A stretch of DNA of 29,102 nucleotides, taken from NCBI GenBank assembly GCA_964549615.1, contig CAZJVP010000064.1:1-29102 (forward strand), in the 5' to 3' direction. A model generated the notes under the pieces. The model saw only the letters and a list, made by a program, of their open reading frames with translations, did no database searches and was not told the DNA's origin. Positions within the stretch are counted from its first letter, which is position 1, and each line of letters starts with the position of its first letter. This DNA is from an uncultured Thermococci archaeon (GTDB taxonomy: Archaea > CAYQAE01 > CAYVLA01). This document shows, one piece after another, positions 8,130 through 16,677 of this stretch. The translations under genes and the position numbers were made by a program.

Positions 8130-9497
8130 CTAGACCCCTATGTACATCTGCAGATCGATGTTTGAGGGTCGAGAATTGTACAGCTCCGCCTCCTTCCTCT
8201 TAATGGAGACGAAGCTTGAAATGATGTGCTCACCTACCGCTTCCCGTATCACCCGGTCCTTCTCCAACTCGTCGAGGGCCTCATCCAACGACTTGGGTAG
8301 ATACTTCCTCCCGGGCCCCGGCTTGTAAAGGTCGACCTCGGTCGCCTTTCCCGGGTCCATCCCCTTCTCTATCCCGTCAAGCCCGGCCGCGAGCATGGCC
8401 GTGAACGCCAGGTACGGATTAGCCGAGGGATCGGGGGACCGGTACTCGATGCGCGCCGAAGCCGGCGAATCGAAGGGCACCCGTATCAGCGCAGTCCTGT
8501 TCCTTCTCCCCCATGCGATCGTAACGGGCGCTTCCCATCCAGGTATGAGCCTCTTGTAAGAGTTGCAGGTGGGATTCGTCAAGGCGGTCACGGCCCTCGC
8601 ATGCTCGAGGAGGCCGCCGACGTAGTTCAGCGCGATCTCGGACAGATCGTCCTTCTTGGAGTCGTAGAACAAGTTGATCTTCTTCCCCTCCACGATCTCG
8701 ACCAGGTTCTGGTGGGTGTGCATCCCGCTTCCGTTCATGCCTTCGAAGGGCTTGGGCATGAAGGTTGCCACCAGCCCCTCCATCTGGGCATACTGCCTTA
8801 TTATGTCCTTGAGCGTGATCGTTGCATCGGCTATCCTGACGGCGTTGCCGTACCTGAAGTCGACCTCGTACTGGCTTGGCGCGACCTCCTTGTGGTAGGC
8901 TTCGTACCTAATGCCCATCTTGCCCATCGCTTCCATGATCCTTCCCAGTATGGACCTTCCGAGTGCTGGCGGTGCGTCGAAGTATCCCTTGTCGTCTATC
9001 CTCGAGTAACCGTCGCCGGATTTGCCCAAGAGGAAGAACTCCAGCTCGGGTGCCACATAGAAGCCGAACTCCTTTCCCTCGACGTCCATTCTCTTCGACA
9101 GAGCCGACGATATCCTTGATACGGCCTTGGCCAAGAGGAACCTCGTGTCTCCTTCGAACGGTTGGTAGCCCACCTTGGCCTTGCGCGGATGGTAAACGTT
9201 ACAGATCGCCCGCCACACGTTCTGCGCCCATGGTACGGGATTGAAGGTCTCCGGGTCGGGGATGATCAGAAGATCGCTCTCCTCAACGGGCACGCCGTAA
9301 CCGTATATGGAGGACCCATCGATCTTGAACCCGTCCTTGAAGACGTTCCCATCCCTGAACTCGTCGATGGTCACGCTCTTGAACTTGAGATTGCCGAAGA
9401 TGTCGACGAACTGGAGATCGACGATCTTTGCCCCCTCGTCGGTCGCCTCCTTGAGCTTCTTCATGAAGCTCTCGAGAGCCCCAGAGCCATCGCCCAT
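8130..9497 (-). CDS. glnA: Glutamine synthetase type I
   Basis: IDGSSI, EESD, PELEFFL, HKEVAPSQYEV, FMPKPFEGMNGSGMHTHQ, SYKRLIPGWEAP, RNRTALIRVP, RIEYRSPDPSANPYLA. Confidence 0.95.
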   Translation of the reverse strand: MGDGSGALESFMKKLKEATDEGAKIVDLQFVDIFGNLKFKSVTIDEFRDGNVFKDGFKIDGSSIYGYGVPVEESDLLIIPDPETFNPVPWAQNVWRAICNVYHPRKAKVGYQPFEGDTRFLLAKAVSRISSALSKRMDVEGKEFGFYVAPELEFFLLGKSGDGYSRIDDKGYFDAPPALGRSILGRIMEAMGKMGIRYEAYHKEVAPSQYEVDFRYGNAVRIADATITLKDIIRQYAQMEGLVATFMPKPFEGMNGSGMHTHQNLVEIVEGKKINLFYDSKKDDLSEIALNYVGGLLEHARAVTALTNPTCNSYKRLIPGWEAPVTIAWGRRNRTALIRVPFDSPASARIEYRSPDPSANPYLAFTAMLAAGLDGIEKGMDPGKATEVDLYKPGPGRKYLPKSLDEALDELEKDRVIREAVGEHIISSFVSIKRKEAELYNSRPSNIDLQMYIGV

Positions 9498-9524
9498 GAT
9501 CTCGCCGAACTATGAGCCCTCCGC

Positions 9525-9541
9525 GAGAGAATAAATCTCTC
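9525..9541 (-). promoter_or_regulatory. Palindrome GAGAGA-ATAAA-TCTCTC enclosing a TATA-like element upstream of glnA
   Basis: Perfect 6-bp inverted repeat, 28-44 nt upstream of the glnA ATG; TTTAT on the minus strand at its centre. Confidence 0.45.
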
Positions 9542-9616
9542 ATCCTTCCGCACACAAGTATCCGGGCCGATCTGACCGAGATTCGCGCCTGGCGCTGAGC
9601 GGGGCTCCCAGCCACG

Positions 9617-9634
9617 AAAACAAAATATATTAAA
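9617..9634. promoter_or_regulatory. AT-rich BRE/TATA element in the divergent glnA / DUF362 intergenic region
   Basis: AAAACAAAATATATTAAA in a GC-rich background. Confidence 0.6.
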
Positions 9635-9696
9635 CAGCGCCAGGGAGCGCTTGGCTGGGACATCGCGCGGTCCTGCACGCCTGGGTGGAGACGAGG

Positions 9697-11028
9697 ATGA
9701 GGTTTGCCGTCAGGAAGATAAACCCGGGTAAGCAAAACAGGACGATCGTCCTAGTCAAGGGCAAGCCGTCCAGAACGGCACCCGAATCCTCCTACATAAC
9801 CACCCTGAAGGCACTTGAGCTTCTGTACGAGAATGACCGTAACTTCGAGAACTCAGCCTACGAGGTCTACAAGAGGACCGTCTTGATCAAGCCGAGCCTT
9901 CCAAGGCCGCTGCCTGAGCTGGATCACTCCAACATGGTGAACACGGATCCGCAAGCCTGCAGGGCGATCGTTGACTGGCTGATCGAGAAAGAGGTCAAGC
10001 GGGTGGTTCTCGCGGAATGCAATCCCTGGCCCGGGGTCGACGCGTGGGGGGTCTGCGGGTACAGGGAGGTTTTCGAAAAGAGCCCTTACAAGGGGATCGT
10101 GGAGTTCATGACCCTCGGGCCAGCCAAGGATGATGAGCTCATCGAGGTCGACTACAGGATGCCCAGGGACTTCTACACGGACGAGGACCTCGCGTTCCTC
10201 AAGGGGTTCGTGGAGGGGCGGGAGGGCACCAAGCGGTTCGCAAAGGCGAAGATCGACTTCGACCTCGCCACCTCCACGACCGCCAAGTTCAACAAATCCC
10301 TCAAGGAGGCCAGCGTGCTCGTCAACCTTTCAAAGATGAAGACACACATACAGACGGGCGCAAGCCTCGCTGTCAAGAACCACTTCGCGTTCCTAGAGCC
10401 GCCCGAATCCCGCTATGCCAAGCACCTAGGGATGGACCCCCTTCAGGGGAACTTCACCTACCAAGAGCTCATCCTCTCTTCGCTGAACCTCCAGCGCGCC
10501 ATAAGCTGCGTGGCCGCAGCGTTCAGGGCGCTCAGGATTCCGGAGCTGTGCGTCGTCGATGGCGTCATATGTGAGGAGGGCAACGGACCCCTGGAGCACG
10601 GCAAGCCTCGACAGGAAAACGTCGTTGCGGCCGCCTGGAACTGCCCCGCATCGATCGACGCCGCCCTGTCCACCGGCTTCATGGGGCTGCGAACCAAGGC
10701 TGGTCCGCATCTGCCGCCCCACATCCAGTGGGCTTCCAGTCAGGGCCTTGGAACGAGGAACATGGAGGAGATCTGCCTGGTCCTTGCAAGGGAGGATGGC
10801 ATCCCCGCCTCCTCGATCAACGAGGTTCGGAACAACCCCAACGAGTCCTTCCTGCCGCCCACCACCATGAAGTGCGGCTGTGCACCCAAGGTCTATCCCA
10901 GGGACACCCTTCTCCCGGTCGTCACCAGGGCCCTGGATGAGCTGCAATCGGAGGGCATCGACCCGAACCGACCGCTCCCGGTTGTGCGGAAGAAGATCGC
11001 CGCGCCGGCAGGGATCATCTGTGGATGA
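9697..11028 (+). CDS. DUF362 domain protein (putative Fe-S/metal-binding)
   Basis: VLIKP, NTDP, VVLAE, NLSKMKTH…SLAVKN, VVDGVICEEGNGP: the characteristic DUF362 motif order. Confidence 0.8.
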   Translation: MRFAVRKINPGKQNRTIVLVKGKPSRTAPESSYITTLKALELLYENDRNFENSAYEVYKRTVLIKPSLPRPLPELDHSNMVNTDPQACRAIVDWLIEKEVKRVVLAECNPWPGVDAWGVCGYREVFEKSPYKGIVEFMTLGPAKDDELIEVDYRMPRDFYTDEDLAFLKGFVEGREGTKRFAKAKIDFDLATSTTAKFNKSLKEASVLVNLSKMKTHIQTGASLAVKNHFAFLEPPESRYAKHLGMDPLQGNFTYQELILSSLNLQRAISCVAAAFRALRIPELCVVDGVICEEGNGPLEHGKPRQENVVAAAWNCPASIDAALSTGFMGLRTKAGPHLPPHIQWASSQGLGTRNMEEICLVLAREDGIPASSINEVRNNPNESFLPPTTMKCGCAPKVYPRDTLLPVVTRALDELQSEGIDPNRPLPVVRKKIAAPAGIICG

Positions 11029-11081
11029 GCGAAAGCCCGCCGGCCGGAACATTTAAACTCACGATCGAGACCCCCGCCGCC

Positions 11082-12164
11082 ATGCCCACCATGAAGGCCG
11101 CGGTTCTGCGGGGAAAGGGACGACTGGAGGTACTCGATGTACCTGTCTTCGCGCCAAGATACGATGAGTTCATGCTTCGCGTGAAAGCGTGCGGCGTCTG
11201 CGGCAGCGACATTCGCTACTTCAAGGGCGAGAATCCCTGGTCCCTTCACACCCTCGGATACGAGCAGGAAAACCCACCTAACATGATCCTAGGACATGAG
11301 TTCTCGGGCAAGATCGTTTCGGAGGGTAGGCCCAGGGAGCCGAGCAGAATCGGCGAGAGGGTTGCTGTCGAGCCTTACCGGTCCTGCGGCGAGTGCTACT
11401 ACTGCAGGATAGGCAAGCACAACATCTGCGAATTCCAGGAGCACCATGGGCATGACCATGGCTGGCGGGGCTATGAGTACGCCCCGGGCGGGATGGCCGA
11501 GTACACGCCTGCCTGGAGGTCCCACACCTACAAGCTTCCCTCCAACGTGAGCTACGACGAGGCAACCTTCATAGACGGCCTTGCCGTTGCCGTGAGGGCG
11601 GTCGAGCTGGGCGGAGTCGTCCCGGGAAGCGAAATCCTGGTGATCGGGGGCGGGCCGATCGGGTTGCTCATCGCCCAAGCGGCCAAGGGATACGGGGCGA
11701 ACAGGGCCTTCCTGTCCGATGTCTACGACAAGCCTCTGGAGGTCGCCAGCAAGTTAGGCGTGGACGATGTCATCGACGCCCGGAGGGCGAAGGTATCCGA
11801 CCACGTCCTCAAGGAAACCGGGGGCCTAGGCGTCGGGGTGGTCTTCGATACCACGGGATCCGCAGAAGCGATACTCGATGGGCTCAGGGCCCTCCAGAGG
11901 GGTGGAACCGAGGTCCTGCTAGCCGGGTATCACGGAGCCATCCCGCTTGACTTCTCCCTGATCTCCGGAGACAGAGCAATCAGGAGCCTGGCAAACAATC
12001 CGTACAGGACGTTCCAGACCGCCATCGACCTAATGGCCTCGCGCCGGGTGAAGGTGAAGCCAATGATCACCCACGTCTACCCACTGTCCAAGATCGGTGA
12101 AGCGTTCGAAGTCGTCACCCACAAGGAGGAGTACGGAGCGATAAAGGCCATCATACACCCCTGA
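11082..12164 (+). CDS. Zinc-dependent alcohol/polyol dehydrogenase (threonine/sorbitol DH-like, MDR family)
   Basis: CGVCGSD, GHE, structural-Zn CGECYYC…C, GGGPIG. TTTAAA at 11052-11057 favours a leaderless start at 11082 (ORF is open from 11025). Confidence 0.92.
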   Translation: MPTMKAAVLRGKGRLEVLDVPVFAPRYDEFMLRVKACGVCGSDIRYFKGENPWSLHTLGYEQENPPNMILGHEFSGKIVSEGRPREPSRIGERVAVEPYRSCGECYYCRIGKHNICEFQEHHGHDHGWRGYEYAPGGMAEYTPAWRSHTYKLPSNVSYDEATFIDGLAVAVRAVELGGVVPGSEILVIGGGPIGLLIAQAAKGYGANRAFLSDVYDKPLEVASKLGVDDVIDARRAKVSDHVLKETGGLGVGVVFDTTGSAEAILDGLRALQRGGTEVLLAGYHGAIPLDFSLISGDRAIRSLANNPYRTFQTAIDLMASRRVKVKPMITHVYPLSKIGEAFEVVTHKEEYGAIKAIIHP

Positions 12165-12198
12165 TGGCCAACCCTCGAAGGATGGCCTGTGACCCCGA

Positions 12199-13188
12199 AT
12201 GACACGAGAAACTGATTACGCCGTGGCACTGTCGCGGCTCTTCGACCGTCTGGCGCACTCCAAAAACGGCGGAGAGATCGCTGAATACCTCGCCGCTAAC
12301 AGCAACCTTCCCGGTCCCAGGGGAAACTTGGAGCTGGCACAGCTCTTCGCCAAAGCGGCCGCAGCCCACCATCGCAAGGGCTCTTGCCCGGTCTGGACGC
12401 TCTGCAAGAGCCTAGCGAGAATCCCTGCGTCGGAGGCTCCGACGAACGACCCCAGGGAATTCCTGCCCTTCTGCGGTGCCTGCGCGATCGGCGCCATCGC
12501 CTCGACCCATCCCTCCCTGCTTTCCGAAGCTCTCCTGACCTTGAGGGCCCTCTCCCGCGACCCCAGATGGCGGACGAGGGAATCGGTAGCAATAGCCCTG
12601 CAAGCTCTTCTGCAGGCGCAGCCTACAAGGACGTTGGAGGCGCTCAGGATATGGATCGTTGCGGACGACTGGCTCGCCATGAGGGCGGTGGCCGCGGCAA
12701 TCGCCGAGCCCGCCGTGCTTACGAACCGATCGACAGCAGAGGCTGGCCTTAAGCTGCACAGGGTGATCTTCGCGCATCTCATCTCCGCGAAGGACCGTTC
12801 ATCGCCCGGGTACAAGGTGCTGAGGCAGGGGGTGGGGTACTCCCTGAGCGTTGTGGTCCAAGCCCTGCCCGAGGAAGGCTTCGCGTTCATGCGGGAGCTG
12901 GCGGACGTGGGCAACCAAGATGTGAGACGCATCCTGAACGAGAATCTGTCGAAGGCTAGGCTACGGAAGAACCACCCGGATAAGGTAGAGAAGCTGGCCC
13001 GTCTTCTGGAAGGCCAGTCTGGAACTTGTGCATCCGTTGCCCTCGACCGTGCTTTGCCCTTGTCGCGCCTCCGCCCCGGGCCCGAACCTGCAGGCCGAAG
13101 AAAGGCATTAGCCCGGGCCCAACCTCGTTGCCCGAACGGCGCGGTACAGCCGACGCTTGACCATGAGGGTCCACAAGACGAAGCTTGA
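12199..13188 (+). CDS. HEAT/ARM-repeat-like helical hypothetical protein
   Basis: SNLPGPRGNLELA segment, DPRWRTRESVAIALQ and DVRRILNENL HEAT-like repeats; the last ~55 aa look non-conserved and overlap the convergent gene. Confidence 0.65.
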   Translation: MTRETDYAVALSRLFDRLAHSKNGGEIAEYLAANSNLPGPRGNLELAQLFAKAAAAHHRKGSCPVWTLCKSLARIPASEAPTNDPREFLPFCGACAIGAIASTHPSLLSEALLTLRALSRDPRWRTRESVAIALQALLQAQPTRTLEALRIWIVADDWLAMRAVAAAIAEPAVLTNRSTAEAGLKLHRVIFAHLISAKDRSSPGYKVLRQGVGYSLSVVVQALPEEGFAFMRELADVGNQDVRRILNENLSKARLRKNHPDKVEKLARLLEGQSGTCASVALDRALPLSRLRPGPEPAGRRKALARAQPRCPNGAVQPTLDHEGPQDEA

Positions 13189-14340
13189 CACAAATAGCGT
13201 GGAGGAGGCAACCAACCACTCGATGACGTAGACCCAGAGCAGTGCGGCATCTTTGGCCCTTCTTGCCATCTCCTCAACCTCGGAGAAGGCCTTCAGCGCA
13301 GCATCCATCGTGCCCTCGCACTGCGAGAAGTCCTGGTTCATGTAGTGCTCCACCCCCTGCGCATGGATCTGCTCAAGCTTCCTGGCCTCCCGCTGAATCC
13401 CATCGGTGTTTGCCCCGAACTTGTCGATGAAATCTCTGAGCGATGTGAGGAGCGACATGCGCGATCTGAACTCGTGGAAGTACGACTTGACCCTGTGGAA
13501 AACCTCGACATCCTCGATCAGCCTCCTCTTCGTGCAGTACAGGATCATGTTCATCAGGATGTCGGGGGAGTACTGGTTTGAGGCAGGCCCGCTCGGGTAC
13601 GAAAACCAACCGTTGCCCAGGAAATCCCCCGTGGTCATCGTCCGGCCGCCCTCGTAGTCCCAAGCGATGAGAAAAGGAACCTGCCCCAGCGAAGGGAAGT
13701 TTCCTACCTGCCAGGCCAAGGTGCCTGAACCCTGCCGAGGTATGACCAACCTGGACACCGCGTTGACTGCGAGCTTCTCGATCCCAAACTTCACGAACGG
13801 CGTGAGGACCGGATCGGGGAAGTTCCTGTTTATGATGACGCTGAAGAACATGGTTCCCGACTCTCCCCCTCCCTTCTGGGCCACAGCGGGTGCGTCGTTT
13901 GGAAAAGCCTTGGACGTCTGCGAGTTGGCCCATGCGTTGTGTATCTGAGGCATTATGCTGAAAACGCTCCCATCGTTAATGCCCCCAGCGCCCTGCCGGA
14001 TCGCCTCATACATCCACTGGTCCTGCTTGGGGCTGAACAGGTCGTACTCGGGCGCGGCCAGCATTATCATCCTGTAGCCACCCATCTCCTCGTAGGTGCG
14101 GGGGAAGTAGAGCCTGATGAACTTGATCGCGTCCTGCACCGTGACCACGTCAGTTGCTCTGGACGGAACGGGGACGTACTCCACCAGGGGCTCACTTCTG
14201 AAGAACGTGAATAGGCGGTTCAACTGATCGATGTGGCCGGTTGCGAGAACCCTTATCTTCTCTAGGCCTTGACATAGCGGCGAAAGAGTGAGAAGAAGCA
14301 CGACGAAGGTCACGATCGACCGCGACCTCGCCCTATCCAT
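13108..14340 (-). CDS. Secreted, C-terminally membrane-anchored protein (possible class I glutamine amidotransferase-like fold, helical stalk, TM + RR tail)
   Basis: Signal-like N-terminus (RSIVTFVVLLLTLSPLCQG); C-terminal TM LLWVYVIEWLVASSTLFVSSFVLWTLMV followed by KRR; TTAAT in palindrome CAGATTAATCTG (14363-14374) about 25-30 nt upstream of ATG 14340. The fold is an inference. Confidence 0.75.
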   Translation of the reverse strand: MDRARSRSIVTFVVLLLTLSPLCQGLEKIRVLATGHIDQLNRLFTFFRSEPLVEYVPVPSRATDVVTVQDAIKFIRLYFPRTYEEMGGYRMIMLAAPEYDLFSPKQDQWMYEAIRQGAGGINDGSVFSIMPQIHNAWANSQTSKAFPNDAPAVAQKGGGESGTMFFSVIINRNFPDPVLTPFVKFGIEKLAVNAVSRLVIPRQGSGTLAWQVGNFPSLGQVPFLIAWDYEGGRTMTTGDFLGNGWFSYPSGPASNQYSPDILMNMILYCTKRRLIEDVEVFHRVKSYFHEFRSRMSLLTSLRDFIDKFGANTDGIQREARKLEQIHAQGVEHYMNQDFSQCEGTMDAALKAFSEVEEMARRAKDAALLWVYVIEWLVASSTLFVSSFVLWTLMVKRRLYRAVRATRLGPG

Positions 14341-14392
14341 GGCGTACGCTGTGCGGCCGCCCCAGATTAATCTGCCTGCGCGACCCATCGCA

Positions 14393-14575
14393 TCACCCAT
14401 CCAATTTGGTACCTCCGCGCAGCATGGTCGCCTCAACGGCCCGATACAGCCTGCGCCTCACCATCAAGGTCCAGACCACAAAGACGGATGCGAAGAAGGC
14501 GGAGGAGGATGTGAGCCATCCCGCAACGTTGACCCAAAACGGCTCACCGTCCTCCTCCTTCCTGGCGACCTCCTC
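14393..14575 (-). pseudogene. Remnant (or mini-gene) paralogous to the C-terminal anchor of the neighbouring 13108-14340 gene
   Basis: EEVARKEEDGEPFWVNVAGWLTSSSAFFASVFVVWTLMVRRRLYRAVEATML aligns ungapped with EEMARRAKDAALLWVYVIEWLVASSTLFVSSFVLWTLMVKRRLYRAVRATRL (31/52 identical by hand count). Confidence 0.75.
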
Positions 14576-14777
14576 CCCGAGGGACCGGACTTTGCGTCTA
14601 ATAACCCTTTCGCGGCCACGTGGAGGGCCCCTACGGCGCGGCAAGCCGCCGGGTGCACCAAACCCCATCAATCTGACGCACAAAGAAGACAGAACGAGGA
14701 GGAGGCGCCGAAAGTAATTTATGTGGGCCGTTTGGCATGCGGCCCAGCCGCTTCGACGCAAACCTGAGGTTCATCCG

Positions 14778-15617
14778 ATGGCCATCGACGAGAGGGTTCT
14801 CGGACTTGCGCTTGTCTCGGTCATCCTCTCCGCCCTGATCGTCTTCACCCTTGCCAGGGAGAAGACGGATCGGCCCATCGAGATTCTGGAGAACCGGTTC
14901 CCCTCGGTGATGCCGGCCGCCGAGACCACCTTCAGCTTCTCCATCATGGCGCGGCAGAGGCTGGAGGACGTCAGGATAAGCTTTTGCGCAGTGACCCCCG
15001 CATACCCGGTGCAGGCCGACCTCCTGGTGCCCATGAGGCAGTACCGATCCGACGAAGGACCGTCTGAGGTGCTAGAAAACCTCGCGAGGCTGACCTGGTT
15101 CAGAAACAGGACTTCCGCCCTGGGCATTGAGCCGGACGAGATAGATCGGACGATCAGCGCCGGCAACTCTCAACTCAGGATGCTGCTCCTAGATTACACC
15201 AACCCTCTCCGCGCCATCCTAGGGCAGAACGCCACCTCAAAGGTCCCCCTCATCTACGGCGCGACGGTGAACGAGACGGGCCATCCGTGCTACCTGGAGG
15301 GGGGGCCGAACTTCTTCCCCTTCCCGGAGCTGAATATAAACGTCCTCACGATCTCCCATAATGAAGACGAGAAGAGGTATGTTCCGACCGACAAGATCCG
15401 GAAGGGATCCGGCCAACTACAGGTCTCGGAGGCCCCCAGGGGCATCGTGGAGTTCCGCGATGTCGCCAAGGACGATACGATAACCGTGATCGCCACGGTG
15501 GAGCCGCGCACCTTCTCACCCCCGTCCTCCAGGAAGGACATCGCCCTGATTCAACTGATCCGCATATACATCAACGGAGACCCCTACGGCGAGCCGATCC
15601 TGAACGTGGTGAGGTAG
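14778..15617 (+). CDS. Hypothetical N-terminally anchored membrane protein with a beta-rich extracellular domain
   Basis: TM VLGLALVSVILSALIVFTLA at the N-terminus; coding-like codon usage; several NxS/T sequons. Confidence 0.7.
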   Translation: MAIDERVLGLALVSVILSALIVFTLAREKTDRPIEILENRFPSVMPAAETTFSFSIMARQRLEDVRISFCAVTPAYPVQADLLVPMRQYRSDEGPSEVLENLARLTWFRNRTSALGIEPDEIDRTISAGNSQLRMLLLDYTNPLRAILGQNATSKVPLIYGATVNETGHPCYLEGGPNFFPFPELNINVLTISHNEDEKRYVPTDKIRKGSGQLQVSEAPRGIVEFRDVAKDDTITVIATVEPRTFSPPSSRKDIALIQLIRIYINGDPYGEPILNVVR

Positions 15618-15622
15618 ACAGA

Positions 15623-16594
15623 ATGTCGATCCACAGACTCCTCGCCCTAAGCACCATGGCTTTGTTGGTCCACCTTGTCGCGGGGCAGAACCTGCCGAAG
15701 CCACTGATCGTCGTCTACAGCGGCACGGACACCGCGATCGCCCAGGCCCTCGCCTCGCTGATCGAGCAGGATCCGAGGTTCGATGGGGAGACCCTCGTCG
15801 TCTCAAGCCCCAGTGCCGTCGACTTGGCCACCCTCCTGCCCACAACGCAGTGCATCGTGATCTACTCGGACCACAAGGACCATCTCCTGGGCCTTGAGAC
15901 AACCATCCCGCCCTTTTTCAACCTCGGGGGCGGGCTGGTCGGAATCAGGGACGCCTGCTACCAGCCTTCTGCCGGGAACCTCTCAAGGGATGTCTTCCCG
16001 GTTTATGGGAACTTCTCGATCGTCAAGACCTCCACTGCCCAGAAGCGGGTCCGGACCTACGTCCAGGTTGGCACGTCCGACTTGACCGCAGGGCTCCCGG
16101 AGAGGTTCCAACTCGTCAGCATGGGAACGTTCCTCCATGCGGACAAGAACGGAACCTACATCCCGATCCCGGCATCCGCCCGGATCATGTACGAGGACGA
16201 GGAGACCGGATCGCCGCTTGTGGTGAGCTACGAGAGCGAGGGAGGAGGTCGGTCCGTCGCCCTGCCGGGAGTGATGGTCGTCAAGACTGCGCGCGTTGAT
16301 GTGTACTACGGCACCCTGCTGGCGGACGAGAACTTCGTGAAGCTCTTCACAAACTCGGTCTTCTGGGCAGCCGCCAGCCCAAGGTTCGCGAGGGTCACGC
16401 AAGACCTAGCAGGCAAGCTAGCGACAATCCAGGAGGAAAGCCAGAGCATCAAGGAGCGGGCCGAGCTGGCGATGAAGAGGCAGCGACAGAAGCGGATTGT
16501 CACGGTTGGGCTGGTCTGGATCCTCGGCCTCAGCGCCTGCGCGCTCATCACGAAGAAGCTGGTCCTTGCGCCGATTCGGAACGAGGTTGCCTAG
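15623..16594 (+). CDS. Secreted, C-terminally anchored protein with a ThuA/class I GATase-like domain
   Basis: Signal peptide, FFNLGGGLVGI and GGGRSVALPG…FTNSVFWAA segments typical of this fold, coiled coil, C-terminal TM + KK; 5 bp after the upstream gene (probable operon). Confidence 0.7.
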   Translation: MSIHRLLALSTMALLVHLVAGQNLPKPLIVVYSGTDTAIAQALASLIEQDPRFDGETLVVSSPSAVDLATLLPTTQCIVIYSDHKDHLLGLETTIPPFFNLGGGLVGIRDACYQPSAGNLSRDVFPVYGNFSIVKTSTAQKRVRTYVQVGTSDLTAGLPERFQLVSMGTFLHADKNGTYIPIPASARIMYEDEETGSPLVVSYESEGGGRSVALPGVMVVKTARVDVYYGTLLADENFVKLFTNSVFWAAASPRFARVTQDLAGKLATIQEESQSIKERAELAMKRQRQKRIVTVGLVWILGLSACALITKKLVLAPIRNEVA

Positions 16595-16677
16595 CCTCCG
16601 GCTTGGACGCACAAGACCCGATCCCCATTGGAAGATACTTTTAACCCACCCCCGCCTGCCGGCCTAGCGGTGATTGC

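Noticed and set aside
8130-9497. Possibility that the glnA is a GS-like gamma-glutamyl-amine ligase
   Set aside because: The ammonium-site Asp (DGSS) and the Glu flap (GWEAP) are conserved, consistent with a true GS.
12216-13277. 353-aa minus-strand ORF
   Set aside because: Ser/Arg/Ala-rich shadow of the HEAT-like gene.
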